From Gammaproteobacteria bacterium (lineage in GTDB: Bacteria > Pseudomonadota > Gammaproteobacteria > Eutrophobiales > Eutrophobiaceae), in NCBI GenBank assembly GCA_965229565.1, contig OZ245888.1:437160-501159 (forward strand): DNA of 64,000 nucleotides. The letters are read 5' to 3'. Below the pieces are notes generated by a model. It was given only the letters and a program-made list of their open reading frames with translations, was not told the origin of the DNA and made no database searches. Below, piece by piece: positions 40,443 through 50,690 of this stretch. Position 1 is the first letter of the stretch; every line of letters starts with the position of its first letter. Position numbers and translations under genes: made by a program.

Positions 40443-41711
40443 ATGGCAGCGGCCAAAAACGCATTTTACGCACAATCCGGTGGTGTCACCGCCGTCATCA
40501 ACGCCAGTGCCTGTGGCGTCATAGAAACGGCCAGACAGCATTCCGACCGGATTGCCAACGTCTATGCCGGCCGCAACGGCATCATCGGCGCCCTGACCGA
40601 GGACCTGATCGATACCAGCCAGGAAAGTGCTGCCGATATCGCCGCGTTACGCCATACACCCGCGGGCGCATTTGGTTCCTGTCGCTACAAGTTGAAAGGC
40701 CTGGAAGAGAGCAAGGCAGAATACGAACGCCTGATGGAAATCTTCAAGGCCCACAATATTGGCTACTTTTTTTACAACGGTGGAGGGGATTCGGCCGACA
40801 CCTGTCACAAGGTTTCGCAACTATCTGAAAAAATGGGTTTCCCAATACAGGCGATCCATGTACCGAAGACAGTGGATAATGACCTGCCCATCACTGATGT
40901 CTGCCCCGGTTTCGGCTCGGTTGCCAAGTATATCGCCACGTCAGTACGAGAGGCCTCGTTCGATGTGTGCTCTATGGCGCGCACGTCGACCAAGGTCTTC
41001 GTGATCGAGGTCATGGGTAGACATGCCGGCTGGATTGCAGCCGCGGGAGGTCTTGCTGCCGATGCCAACAACGATATCCCTATCGTCATCCTGTTTCCGG
41101 AAGTGGAATTCAACCAGGAAGCATTTATCACGAAGGTGAAGGCAATGGTCGAGAAGCACGAGTATTGCTCCATCGTGGTTTCTGAAGGTGCACATTGGCC
41201 GGATGGTAAGTTCCTGGCCGAGCAGGGTACCCGCGATGCCTTTGGCCATGCCCAGCTTGGCGGTGCTGCCCCGGTTGTGGCCAACATGGTAAAAGACGCG
41301 CTGGGTTACAAGTTTCACTGGGCCGTGGCAGATTACCTGCAACGTGCGGCCCGGCATATCGCCTCGAAGACCGACGTGGACCAGGCCTATGCGCTCGGCA
41401 AGGCAGCGGTAGAGATGGCACTGGCGGGGGACAACGCCGTCATGCCCACGATTGACCGGAAATCTGACTCACCTTATGTGTGGGAAATTGGTAAAGCAAA
41501 ACTGGAAGACGTGGCCAACGTGGAGAAGATGATGCCAGCGGATTTTATCACCGACGATGGCTTCGGTATTACAGATGCCTGTCGCCGTTACCTGTTACCG
41601 CTGATTGAGGGCGAAGATTACCCGCCTTATGAAAATGGTTTGCCGAAGTATGTAACGCTGAAAAACAAACCGGTAAAGAAAGTAATAAACTCTGAATTTA
41701 AGCTCAAATAG
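40443..41711 (+). CDS. pfp: Phosphofructokinase, probably PPi-dependent
   Basis: AQSGGVTAVIN, NGGGDS (Asp at the PPi-determining site), PKTVDND (Lys), EVMGRHAGW. Confidence 0.85.
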   Translation: MAAAKNAFYAQSGGVTAVINASACGVIETARQHSDRIANVYAGRNGIIGALTEDLIDTSQESAADIAALRHTPAGAFGSCRYKLKGLEESKAEYERLMEIFKAHNIGYFFYNGGGDSADTCHKVSQLSEKMGFPIQAIHVPKTVDNDLPITDVCPGFGSVAKYIATSVREASFDVCSMARTSTKVFVIEVMGRHAGWIAAAGGLAADANNDIPIVILFPEVEFNQEAFITKVKAMVEKHEYCSIVVSEGAHWPDGKFLAEQGTRDAFGHAQLGGAAPVVANMVKDALGYKFHWAVADYLQRAARHIASKTDVDQAYALGKAAVEMALAGDNAVMPTIDRKSDSPYVWEIGKAKLEDVANVEKMMPADFITDDGFGITDACRRYLLPLIEGEDYPPYENGLPKYVTLKNKPVKKVINSEFKLK

Positions 41712-41740
41712 GAACGAAAACGTCAAAGGGTCTTAATCAT

Positions 41741-43012
41741 ATGAATCTTGAAACCATTGCACTACATCAAGGCTATAGCGCCGAAACTACGACCAGGGCA
41801 GCGGCCGTACCTATTTATCAAACCACTTCCTATACTTTTGACAATACACAGCATGGCGCAGACCTGTTTGATCTCAAGGTAGAAGGAAATATCTATACAC
41901 GCATCATGAACCCGACCACGGCCGTGCTGGAGCAACGGGTTGCAGAAATGGAGGGTGGAATAGCAGGATTGGCACTGGCTTCTGGTATGGCGGCCATCAC
42001 CTACGCTATTCAGTGCATATGTGAAAGCGGCGACAATATCGTCAGCACCAGCCAGTTGTATGGTGGCACCTACAATCTGTTTGCACACACATTGCCAAAA
42101 CAGGGCATTGAGGTCCGCATGATCTCACATGATGATTTTGACGCGTTTGATCAGGCAATCGATGCAAACACCAAGGCCGTATTTTGCGAATCCATTGGTA
42201 ATCCCGCGGGTAATGTTGTTGATATAGCCCGACTGGCAGAGATCGCACACCAGCATGGCGTGCCGTTAATCGTAGATAATACCGTTGCTACGCCTTACCT
42301 GTGCCGTCCATTCGAACTGGGGGCAGACATCGTCGTGCATTCCTTGACTAAATACATCGGTGGTCATGGAACGTCCATTGGTGGAATGATTGTAGATTCC
42401 GGCAAATTTGACTGGGTAGCCAACAAGGACCGGTTTCCCATGCTGAATGAACCAGACCCTTCCTATCATGGCGTAATTTATACCGAAGCACTTGAGGCAG
42501 CAGCCTACATAGGCCGGTGCCGGGTGGTGCCGCTGAGAAATACAGGTGCAGCGATCTCACCAATGAATTCCTTCCTCATATTGCAGGGCCTGGAGACACT
42601 GGGCTTGCGCATGCAACGGCATTGTGAAAATGCAGAACAACTCGCCGGCTTTTTGAAGAAACATGAAAAGGTGAAATGGGTGAATTACGCGGCTTTGCCC
42701 GACAGCCCCTTTTATGACACTTGCAAAAAAATTACGGGCGGCAAGGCGTCGGGCATTTTGAGTTTTGGTATCGAAGGTGGCCTTGAGGCCGGCAGCCGGT
42801 TTATAGACTCGCTGCAGATGATACTCCGACTTGTCAATATCGGTGATGCAAAGTCACTTGCCTGTCATCCTGCGTCGACAACACATCGCCAGTTAAATGA
42901 TGACGAACTCGCAACCGCCGGTGTTACCAGGGATCTGGTACGGATTTCTGTGGGGATAGAACATATCGACGACATCATTGCTGATGTCAAACAGGCTTTG
43001 GATAAGGCATAG
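41741..43012 (+). CDS. metY: O-acetylhomoserine aminocarboxypropyltransferase
   Basis: PIYQTTSY, YTRIMNPT, SLTKYIGGHG (PLP Lys), NIGDAKSL, HPASTTHRQL. Confidence 0.92.
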   Translation: MNLETIALHQGYSAETTTRAAAVPIYQTTSYTFDNTQHGADLFDLKVEGNIYTRIMNPTTAVLEQRVAEMEGGIAGLALASGMAAITYAIQCICESGDNIVSTSQLYGGTYNLFAHTLPKQGIEVRMISHDDFDAFDQAIDANTKAVFCESIGNPAGNVVDIARLAEIAHQHGVPLIVDNTVATPYLCRPFELGADIVVHSLTKYIGGHGTSIGGMIVDSGKFDWVANKDRFPMLNEPDPSYHGVIYTEALEAAAYIGRCRVVPLRNTGAAISPMNSFLILQGLETLGLRMQRHCENAEQLAGFLKKHEKVKWVNYAALPDSPFYDTCKKITGGKASGILSFGIEGGLEAGSRFIDSLQMILRLVNIGDAKSLACHPASTTHRQLNDDELATAGVTRDLVRISVGIEHIDDIIADVKQALDKA

Positions 43013-43015
43013 TGA

Positions 43016-43528
43016 CTATGACTGTTGCTTAAGAACTAATGCCTCCTTCCATTTAGCCAGCTTTTTCTCCATCGACAACGCCGCATTGGCAGGACTGGTC
43101 GAGGGCAGGCGTTGATAAGACAGGTATTGTGCATCCAGTTCTTTTAAAACTTGGCACCTGAACAGCTGTTCTGCCTTTGCTCCATTAAAAAACACATGTT
43201 CAATTTGTGGGTACTGTTGCAAAAACGATTTGAAATCGTTGCAGTTGGCAGTGGTCGGATCAATAGCAGAATCCAGACTGCCCGAACGGAAACAACTCTG
43301 CAGCACATCCCATAGCGCGATTCGGTTCTCCATCAGTAATTGCTGTTTTTGCGAGTAACTCAAATCCAAAGGAGCGTTGAATAACCTGCAGATAATTGGC
43401 CAAAACGCATTACGCGGGTGCGCGTAGTATTGCTGTTGCTGCAAGGATTTTTCGCTGGGCATGGAACCCAGTATCAGTATATGGGCATCCTTGCGGGCTA
43501 TGGGTGCAAAACCGGTGTTGTGAGACAT
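43016..43528 (-). CDS. DNA-deoxyinosine (hypoxanthine) glycosylase, UDG superfamily
   Basis: ILGSMPS..SL...QYYAHPRNAFW, LWDVL, GSLDS, FFNG, LPSTSPANA. Confidence 0.88.
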   Translation of the reverse strand: MSHNTGFAPIARKDAHILILGSMPSEKSLQQQQYYAHPRNAFWPIICRLFNAPLDLSYSQKQQLLMENRIALWDVLQSCFRSGSLDSAIDPTTANCNDFKSFLQQYPQIEHVFFNGAKAEQLFRCQVLKELDAQYLSYQRLPSTSPANAALSMEKKLAKWKEALVLKQQS

Positions 43529-43550
43529 TAAATAATTTTACATCGAGTAG

Positions 43551-43587
43551 AAACAATAAAGCCGCAACAAGTGCGGCCTTATTGTTT
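43551..43587 (-). terminator. Intrinsic terminator downstream of hppA
   Basis: AAACAATAAAGCCGCA-acaag-TGCGGCCTTATTGTTT hairpin 15 nt after the hppA stop, with T-rich tails on both strands. Confidence 0.7.
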
Positions 43588-43602
43588 AAAACAGCATTAT
43601 CG

Positions 43603-45618
43603 TTAAACAAGTAATGGGGCTATCACCAGGCTCACGATAGCCATCACATTAATCAGGATGTTCATCGATGGGCCCGAGGTATCTTTCAACGGGTCACCCA
43701 CAGTATCACCGACAACGCACGCCTTGTGCACATCGGAACCCTTGCCGCCGAGGTTACCCTGCTCCACGTATTTCTTGGCGTTATCCCAGGCACCACCGGC
43801 GTTGGCCATCATCAAAGCCATGGTCACACAACAGATAAGTGCGCCGCCGAGCATACCTCCCAGTGCCTTCGGACCAAGCACGAACCCGACAACCACCGGC
43901 GCCAGTACGGCCAGTGATCCAGGCAGAATCATGCGTTTCAGTGCCGCCTTGGTAGCAATTTCCACGCAGCGTGCGGTATCCGGTTTGCCGGTGCCTTCCA
44001 TCAGGCCCGGGATCTCCTTGAACTGGCGACGTATCTCTTTAATCATGTCGAACGCCGCGTCACCAACCGCGGTCATGGTCATGGAACTGACCAGGAACGG
44101 GAAAATTGCGCCCAGGAACATGCCAGCCAGTACCAGCGGATCATTGATCTGCAGGATAAAGTTCTCATGGTGCAGTGAGACCTTTTCAATGTAGGCACTG
44201 ATCAATGCCAGGGCTGCCAGGGCCGCAGCACTGATAGCAAAGCCCTTACCAATGGCAGCCGTGGTATTACCCACCTCGTCCAGAGAATCGGTAATTTTGC
44301 GCGTCTCTGGCCCCATTTCGGCCATCTCTGCAATACCACCGGCATTATCAGCCACCGGACCATAGGCATCGATTGCCATGGTAATGCCGACCGTGCTCAA
44401 CATTCCCACGGCAGCAATACCCACGCCGTAAAGACCCGCAAAATGGCTGGCAATAAAAATAATGGCACAGATCGTCACGATTGGAATCGCCACGGATTGC
44501 ATGCCCGTTGCCAGGCCGCTGATCATAACGGTGGCCGGACCGGTTTCACCGTCCCGCGCGATCTTGCGTACCGGTGCACCCCCGGTGTAGTACTCGGTCA
44601 CGAGACCGACCACGATGCCGCCCACGGCACCTGTCAGCACGGCCACCCAGATATTAACCGACCCACCCAGGAAACTGATCAGGATGTAGGCAGCAATAAT
44701 GAACAGGACGGATGAACCCATGGTACCGATTCGAAGTGCCGTTTCAGGACTCTGGTTTGAAAATAGCTTTACGGAATAGATGCCCAGCATGGAGCAGATC
44801 AGGCCGGCCGATGCCAATGCCAGCGGCATGAACATCAAGACATCAGCACCGCCTCCCGGTGCCAGGTCAAAGACCTCTGTTGCCGCCATGGTAGTGGCCA
44901 GGGCAAGGGTCGCGATCATGGAATTACAATAGGACTCGAAGATATCGGAACCCATACCGGCGACGTCTCCGACGTTATCACCCACGTTGTCAGCAATAAC
45001 ACCCGGGTTACGCGGGTCATCTTCCGGAATTCCGGCCTCGACTTTACCAACCAGGTCCGCGCCGACGTCGGCACTCTTGGTAAAGATACCGCCACCGACA
45101 CGTGAAAACAGCGCCACCGAGGATGCACCCATGGCAAAACCCTCAATGGCATGCACGGTATGAGTATCACCGGCAAAGAAATAATACAGGATACCGATGC
45201 CAAGCAGGCCCATGGCAGCGACGGTCAGTCCCATAATGGAGCCACCAAAGAAGGCCACGTCCAGTGCAGCAGCCGCGCCTTTCTGGTTGGCGGCGATGGC
45301 AGTACGGACGTTAGCGTGCGTGGCGGTATACATACCCCAGTAACCCGCAACGCCGGAACATACCGCACCCAGCAGGAAGGCCAGGGCAGTATTAATACCC
45401 AGGTCAGAAACAGCGATGGCAACAATACAAATGATGCAGAAGATAGCCAGGCGCGAGTATTCGGCCTTCATGAAGACCATGGCGCCCAGGTGTATTTCGT
45501 CAGAAATCTCCTTGACCCGACCTTCACCGGCAGGCGATTTTTTCACCATGGCAAATACGAAAATAGCCGCTAGCAGGCCAAAGATACCCAACCCAATGGG
45601 CAGAAATGCATTGGACAT
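43603..45618 (-). CDS. hppA: Membrane-bound cation-translocating pyrophosphatase (K+-dependent, Na+-type signature)
   Basis: [52 protein letters not shown]. Confidence 0.95.
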   Translation of the reverse strand: MSNAFLPIGLGIFGLLAAIFVFAMVKKSPAGEGRVKEISDEIHLGAMVFMKAEYSRLAIFCIICIVAIAVSDLGINTALAFLLGAVCSGVAGYWGMYTATHANVRTAIAANQKGAAAALDVAFFGGSIMGLTVAAMGLLGIGILYYFFAGDTHTVHAIEGFAMGASSVALFSRVGGGIFTKSADVGADLVGKVEAGIPEDDPRNPGVIADNVGDNVGDVAGMGSDIFESYCNSMIATLALATTMAATEVFDLAPGGGADVLMFMPLALASAGLICSMLGIYSVKLFSNQSPETALRIGTMGSSVLFIIAAYILISFLGGSVNIWVAVLTGAVGGIVVGLVTEYYTGGAPVRKIARDGETGPATVMISGLATGMQSVAIPIVTICAIIFIASHFAGLYGVGIAAVGMLSTVGITMAIDAYGPVADNAGGIAEMAEMGPETRKITDSLDEVGNTTAAIGKGFAISAAALAALALISAYIEKVSLHHENFILQINDPLVLAGMFLGAIFPFLVSSMTMTAVGDAAFDMIKEIRRQFKEIPGLMEGTGKPDTARCVEIATKAALKRMILPGSLAVLAPVVVGFVLGPKALGGMLGGALICCVTMALMMANAGGAWDNAKKYVEQGNLGGKGSDVHKACVVGDTVGDPLKDTSGPSMNILINVMAIVSLVIAPLLV

Positions 45619-45818
45619 ATCCTGAATTCCTCTTGATTAATTCATTAATTTGGAGGGGCGCGTCGTTTACTCGTTATAATTATTCCCCGCGAGTTTTATA
45701 CCGAGTTCGGCCCGAACTGTAAAGCCAAGCGTAGAAAACCGGGACAGAATCGGGGGTTTTACCACAGGCGTAATGCCCCGAAGTCGTGAATAAATTCCAG
45801 AGAACAGAGGGTAGTTAT

Positions 45819-46322
45819 ATGACAGTAGCACAATACATCAAGACCTCGCTGGCAGTAATATTGCTGGCCAGTGCCTCGCTAGTGACGGCCGAATCCATCC
45901 TGGAATATCACCAGCGGCAGTGTAGTGCCGGTATGGAATCCAGCTGTGAACGCGCCCGTGTGATGCAGGAGGCGGACGCGCAGGCGCAACGTATCGAGCA
46001 ACTGGGTGATGCATTTGCCAAAAACATCGATCGTGAAAAGTATGAAATCGATAACAAGCCGAACCTCGAACTGGCTTATACCGAGGTAATGCATGATTTT
46101 TTCACGGCGGAACAGATGGAAGGAGTTAAACAGACGATTAATGACCAGATGCTGGAATTCTGTGCCGGACATTTTCATGACCACTGGGTCAACCGGAAAC
46201 TGGTGTGGCCAACAGACGCCGAACAGAGACCGGACTGGTCAGCAATCTACTACTACATCGTCGACCATTATTATGGCTACTGCGTACGCAGTTACCTGGG
46301 CGGGTTTAGCAGCAATTCATAG
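45819..46322 (+). CDS. Exported hypothetical protein
   Basis: GAGG RBS, signal peptide (LAVILLASASLVTA), four Cys and an HFHDHW motif. Confidence 0.7.
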   Translation: MTVAQYIKTSLAVILLASASLVTAESILEYHQRQCSAGMESSCERARVMQEADAQAQRIEQLGDAFAKNIDREKYEIDNKPNLELAYTEVMHDFFTAEQMEGVKQTINDQMLEFCAGHFHDHWVNRKLVWPTDAEQRPDWSAIYYYIVDHYYGYCVRSYLGGFSSNS

Positions 46323-46852
46323 GTCTCATACAGCGGCAGGCCCATCACGCCGCTATAACTTCCCTGTAGTTGCTCGATAAAGACGGCCGCGTAACCCTGT
46401 ATGGCATAGCCACCGGCCTTGCCAATGGGCTCCCCGGATTCAACATAGTTTTCGATCTCCGAGGGTTTGAGTAAACGAAACGTGACAATACTTTCATTCA
46501 TCATTGTTCTTGTGCCATTTTTTATGACCGTAACAGCCGACAGCACGCGGTGTGATTTGCCTGAGAGGCGTGTCAGCATATCGGCGGCCATTGCCGGGCT
46601 CTCGGCCTTGCCAAGGATATCGCCGTCCAGCACGACCGCCGTATCTGCTGCCAGCAGGGGGAACTCATTAGTAACCATGGTACTTCCTGCCTCGGCCTTT
46701 TCCCTGGCAATGCGGCAAACATAGTCCTCGGCCTTTTCTGTACCATTCCAGTTTTCATCGATTTCGACATCAACCAGTTCGAACTCAACGCCTATCTGTG
46801 CCAGTAGCTCGCGACGACGGGGTGAACGTGATGCCAGGTAAACCTTCATCAT
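46292..46852 (-). CDS. maf: Maf nucleotide pyrophosphatase (YhdE-like)
   Basis: YLASRSPRRRELL, AADT, GKAGGYAIQG, GSYSGVMGLP. Confidence 0.93.
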   Translation of the reverse strand: MMKVYLASRSPRRRELLAQIGVEFELVDVEIDENWNGTEKAEDYVCRIAREKAEAGSTMVTNEFPLLAADTAVVLDGDILGKAESPAMAADMLTRLSGKSHRVLSAVTVIKNGTRTMMNESIVTFRLLKPSEIENYVESGEPIGKAGGYAIQGYAAVFIEQLQGSYSGVMGLPLYETYELLLNPPR

Positions 46853-47760
46853 TATTTATCTGATTTTTCGACGCCGCCGAATTCTGTAAGCAGTTCCTTG
46901 ATAAGCTGGTGCAACTGCATACTCATAACAGCAAAATCCTGGTCGAACCGGGTAATGCGATCTGCGTCTTCCGAGTCTGCCTGTTCCTGCACGATTTCCT
47001 CAAAGCGCACGCGCTTGATGGTAAGGTCCTCTTTTAAAATGAAGCGTATGGCATCGCGCCACAGTAGCGCAAGTTGCACGACCCGCTTTCCCGCCTTCAG
47101 GTGACTGGCGATCTCGGCACTCTCCAGTTCCTGGTTTTTACAGCGCACGATATTTTTACTATCGCGCGGGTTCTGCAATTCACACTCGTCATCCAGCGTA
47201 AAGTGTTTGGGCAAACCGTCTTTCAACCAGTGCGTCATGATATTCGCCGCATCACCATGACAGCTCAGTGGCACTACCGGCAAACTGCCCAGCGATGCGC
47301 GCAGGTGTTCCATGAACTCCTCGGCGCGACTGCTGCTGGCCGTATCGATGATCAACAGCTTCTGCTTTTCATCGATATAGGCGTACGTTAACGACGAACG
47401 CGTTAATGCACGTGGCAACAATGTGTGCACCACGTCTTCTTTCAACGTGCGCTTTTCCTTACGATACATCTTGCGTGCCTGGGCCGATTCAAAATCTGCC
47501 ACCTTCTCCTCTACCAGTTCATTCACGGCAGCAGGCGGCAATATTTTTTCCTGTTTACGGGCACAAAGCATACTGAAACCGGCGACCGCATGGACCAGCA
47601 TGTCGCTGTCGCGACCCAGGGGAGAAACCCAGCCAATGCGTGAGAAGTCCATGCTGGCACAGGGTTTAAACGCCTGTTCAGCCAGTGCTGCCTGCAAGGT
47701 GTCGGCTGACAGATCGATGTCCTGAGTGAAGCGATAGATACGAAGATTTTTAAACCACAT
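46852..47760 (-). CDS. rdgC: Recombination-associated protein RdgC
   Basis: MWFKNLRIYR, GWVSPLG, EKILP, LLPRA, LGSLPVVP. Confidence 0.95.
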   Translation of the reverse strand: MWFKNLRIYRFTQDIDLSADTLQAALAEQAFKPCASMDFSRIGWVSPLGRDSDMLVHAVAGFSMLCARKQEKILPPAAVNELVEEKVADFESAQARKMYRKEKRTLKEDVVHTLLPRALTRSSLTYAYIDEKQKLLIIDTASSSRAEEFMEHLRASLGSLPVVPLSCHGDAANIMTHWLKDGLPKHFTLDDECELQNPRDSKNIVRCKNQELESAEIASHLKAGKRVVQLALLWRDAIRFILKEDLTIKRVRFEEIVQEQADSEDADRITRFDQDFAVMSMQLHQLIKELLTEFGGVEKSDK

Positions 47761-47846
47761 AGATAAGCGTGTTGATGAAAAGCGCCGGATTATGGCGTAG
47801 CGATTGTTGTGATAGCAAATGCTATCAATGAAATGGATTTCTCGTG

Positions 47847-47986
47847 TTTTCTTTTTTCTTGGTTTCGCATTGAGCGGCGATTTTCTTTCAGCATGGATTT
47901 CGCCTTTTAGCGGATCGTTTTTTTAGCATTGGTTTCGCCTTTGAGCGGCGAATTTCTTTTAGCATGGATTTCGCCTTTAACGGCGA
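47847..47986. repeat. Four imperfect ~35-bp tandem repeats
   Basis: Consensus TTTCTTTyAGCATkGrTTTCGCCTTTGAGCGGCGA, units ending at 47880, 47917, 47951 and 47986. An inverted copy lies at 48388-48420. Confidence 0.85.
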
Positions 47987-48420
47987 CTGACTTTTCTTCA
48001 AAGAAAAGTCAGCAAAAGAACCTTTGCCTGCTGCCCAGGCCTGCAGCTTCCCTCGTCAACCTCTAACGCTGACGCGTCGCGCATACATTCGTCCATGAAT
48101 GAATGCGCTAAAAATGACGTCCTGTCATTTTTTCGCTAGCGTTATTGGTCGCCTCGGCTGGGCCGCACGGCGAATGATGAATCTCTATATCCCCTTGTGA
48201 TTTGCCGAGGAACGGGTTTATGTCAAGGCTGAGCAACATGGATGTTGCGAAAGCATCGTGAGGACAGGAGTCCTCTGGATGCGTGCCTTGGAAAATAAAG
48301 TTGTGACGAGGATGGAGCGCAGCGACAAATCACCTGGGGTGGTCTTTCTTTTGGTACCTTTTCTTTGACCACGCAAAGAAAAGGTACTCGCCGCTCAAAG
48401 GCGAAATCCATGCTGAAAGA
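47952..48420. repeat. Composite inverted element with two back-to-back structured modules (MITE-like or structured RNA)
   Basis: ~33-bp terminal inverted repeats, each followed by a CTTTTCTT/AAGAAAAG hairpin. Each arm has CCGAGG...GACGAGG and two GGA-loop hairpins. Confidence 0.7.
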
Positions 48421-48460
48421 ATCACGCCAGCAGGCGAAAAGAAAAATCAAACAAAGACTC

Positions 48461-49987
48461 TTAACTCAAAAACAACTTATACGCAGGATTATCCTTTTCC
48501 GCCCAGTACGGCATATCCAGCTTATCGAGGAACTTCTGGAATTCCTGTTGTTCCTCATGTTTCACCTGGAAACCCATGAGTACCCGTCCATAGGCCGCAC
48601 CATGATTGCGGTAATGAAACAGACTGATGTTCCAGCTTTCGCCAAGCTGTGTCAGGAAATGCAGTAATGCGCCCGAACGTTCGGGAAACTCGAAGCGATA
48701 GATTACCTCGTTGTCTGCCTGCGGCGCATGACCACCCACCATGTAGCGAATGTGCATCTTGGCAATGACATCACTGCTGAGATCGGTCACAAGGTAGCCC
48801 TTGTCCTTTAAATGCGCCAACAGCTTTTCCTTTTCTTCCACCCCGTGTTTTAACTGCACACCCGCAAAGACCTGTGCATCATTATCATCCGCGTAGCGAT
48901 AATTAAACTCGGTGATGAGCCTCGCGCCCAGGTCATGACAAAGCCGCCTGAAGCTGCCGGGTCGTTCCGGTATTTGTATCGCTATCAACGCCTCACGGTG
49001 TTCACCCAGTGCCGATAGTTCGGCAATATGGCGCAAACGATCAAAATTGACATTGGCACCACTGAAAATAGCAACCATCTGCTTATCGGTCAGCTTTTCA
49101 CGAGATACATATTGTTTCAGGCCGGCCAATGCCAATGCGCCAGCCGGTTCTGGTATAGAACGTGTGTCTTCAAAGATATCTTTTACCGCTGCACAGATCT
49201 CATCGATACTGACCATCAGCACTTCATCAACCAGTTCCTTGCAAATACGATAGTTTTCCTCGCCAGCCTGCTTTACCGCGGCGCCATCGGCGAAAATGCC
49301 TATCTGTTCCAGGATCACACGTTCACCTGCCTCCAGCGCATGATGCATGCACGGTGCCTCATCAGGCTCAACGCCAATAATCCGGATATCCGGGTACTTG
49401 TCCTTCACATAGGCAGCGATACCGGCAATCAGGCCACCGCCGCCAACCGGCACAAAGATATAATCAGGCCTGGTACTGAGCTGCTCCATTAATTCAACAC
49501 CCACGGTTGCCTGCCCTGCGATCACCAGCGGATGGTCATAAGGTGGCACGTAATGCATATTTTTTTCTTTGGATAATTTTAATGCGTGCTGGTAGGCATC
49601 ATCGTAATTATTGCCGTGTAATATGACCTCGCCCTGCATGCGTTTGACTGCCGCAATCTTTATCTCCGGTGTCGTTTTAGGCATGACGATGATCGCCTTG
49701 ACCTTCATATACATGGCCGCCAGCGCTACACCCTGGGCATGGTTGCCGGCAGAGGCCGCAATGACGCCTGGCCCAATCTCTTCCGGGGTCAGCGCTGCCA
49801 TCATGTTGTAGGCACCGCGCAGCTTATAGGAAAAAACCGGCTGCTGGTCTTCACGTTTTAACCATATCTGGTTATGCAACCGCTCGGTTAATTGTGGCGC
49901 AAAATCGAGATCGGTGCGCTTGGCCACGTCGTAGACCCGGTGACTTGCATCGTCGATCAACTTCTTGTATTCATCAAACATCGGCAT
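48461..49987 (-). CDS. ilvA: Threonine ammonia-lyase, biosynthetic
   Basis: KREDQQPVFSYKLRGAYN, SAGNHAQG, PVGGGGL, regulatory PERPGSF and YRNHGAAYG. Start placed at ATG 49987 (49981 possible). Confidence 0.96.
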   Translation of the reverse strand: MPMFDEYKKLIDDASHRVYDVAKRTDLDFAPQLTERLHNQIWLKREDQQPVFSYKLRGAYNMMAALTPEEIGPGVIAASAGNHAQGVALAAMYMKVKAIIVMPKTTPEIKIAAVKRMQGEVILHGNNYDDAYQHALKLSKEKNMHYVPPYDHPLVIAGQATVGVELMEQLSTRPDYIFVPVGGGGLIAGIAAYVKDKYPDIRIIGVEPDEAPCMHHALEAGERVILEQIGIFADGAAVKQAGEENYRICKELVDEVLMVSIDEICAAVKDIFEDTRSIPEPAGALALAGLKQYVSREKLTDKQMVAIFSGANVNFDRLRHIAELSALGEHREALIAIQIPERPGSFRRLCHDLGARLITEFNYRYADDNDAQVFAGVQLKHGVEEKEKLLAHLKDKGYLVTDLSSDVIAKMHIRYMVGGHAPQADNEVIYRFEFPERSGALLHFLTQLGESWNISLFHYRNHGAAYGRVLMGFQVKHEEQQEFQKFLDKLDMPYWAEKDNPAYKLFLS

Positions 49988-50036
49988 AAGATAACATTTA
50001 ACTATAGCGCGAACATTACTTGTATGAGGTAACGCA

Positions 50037-50690
50037 ATGTCGCAGGACGAAAGAAAAAAGGAAGTAGCCCGGGCTGCCATCAAGTTTATAGAAGACGACA
50101 CCATTGTTGGTGTCGGTACCGGCAGCACCGTCAATTTCTTTATCGAGGAACTGGCCGCTATCAAGGGTCGCATTGAAGGTGCCGTGTCCAGCTCCGAGGC
50201 CAGCGAAAAGCTCCTGAAAGAACATGGCATCCCGGTCGTATCGTTAAACAGCGTTATCGAGATACCTGTTTACGTTGATGGTGCCGACGAGTCCACGCGT
50301 CATCGCTACCTGATCAAGGGCGGTGGCGGGGCGTTGACACGCGAAAAGATCGTGGCAGCAGCCAGTAAAAAATTCGTTTGCATCATCGATGACAGTAAGC
50401 TGGTACCGATGCTGGGCGAATTTCCGCTTCCGGTAGAAGTGATTCCAATGGCGCAAAGCTATGTCGCGAGACAAATCGCCAAGCTCGGCGGCAAGCCGGT
50501 GCTTCGAGACGGATTTACCACCGACAATGGCAACATTATCCTCGATGTGCATAACCTCAAGATTGATAATCCGCCGGAACTGGAGGGGAAACTCAACCAG
50601 ATCGTGGGTGTTGTTACCAACGGGCTATTTGCACGGCGTCCGGCCGATATCGTCCTGATGGCCGGTAAAAACGGCATTGAAACGTTTTAA
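50037..50690 (+). CDS. rpiA: Ribose 5-phosphate isomerase A
   Basis: [31 protein letters not shown]. Confidence 0.97.
   Translation: MSQDERKKEVARAAIKFIEDDTIVGVGTGSTVNFFIEELAAIKGRIEGAVSSSEASEKLLKEHGIPVVSLNSVIEIPVYVDGADESTRHRYLIKGGGGALTREKIVAAASKKFVCIIDDSKLVPMLGEFPLPVEVIPMAQSYVARQIAKLGGKPVLRDGFTTDNGNIILDVHNLKIDNPPELEGKLNQIVGVVTNGLFARRPADIVLMAGKNGIETF

Noticed and set aside
47847-47986. Tandem ~35-bp repeats as a CRISPR array
   Set aside because: The units are contiguous with no unique spacers, are degenerate, and no cas genes are in the window.
48224-48290. Hammerhead-ribozyme-like junction (CTGA-stem-GAAA-stem)
   Set aside because: It lacks the NGA of the CUGANGA core and a proper UH cleavage site, and the sister module does not conserve these bases.
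48223-48667. ORFs 48223-48450 (-) and 48365-48667 (+)
   Set aside because: They are translations of the repeat element or antisense to ilvA, with no RBS or protein motif.
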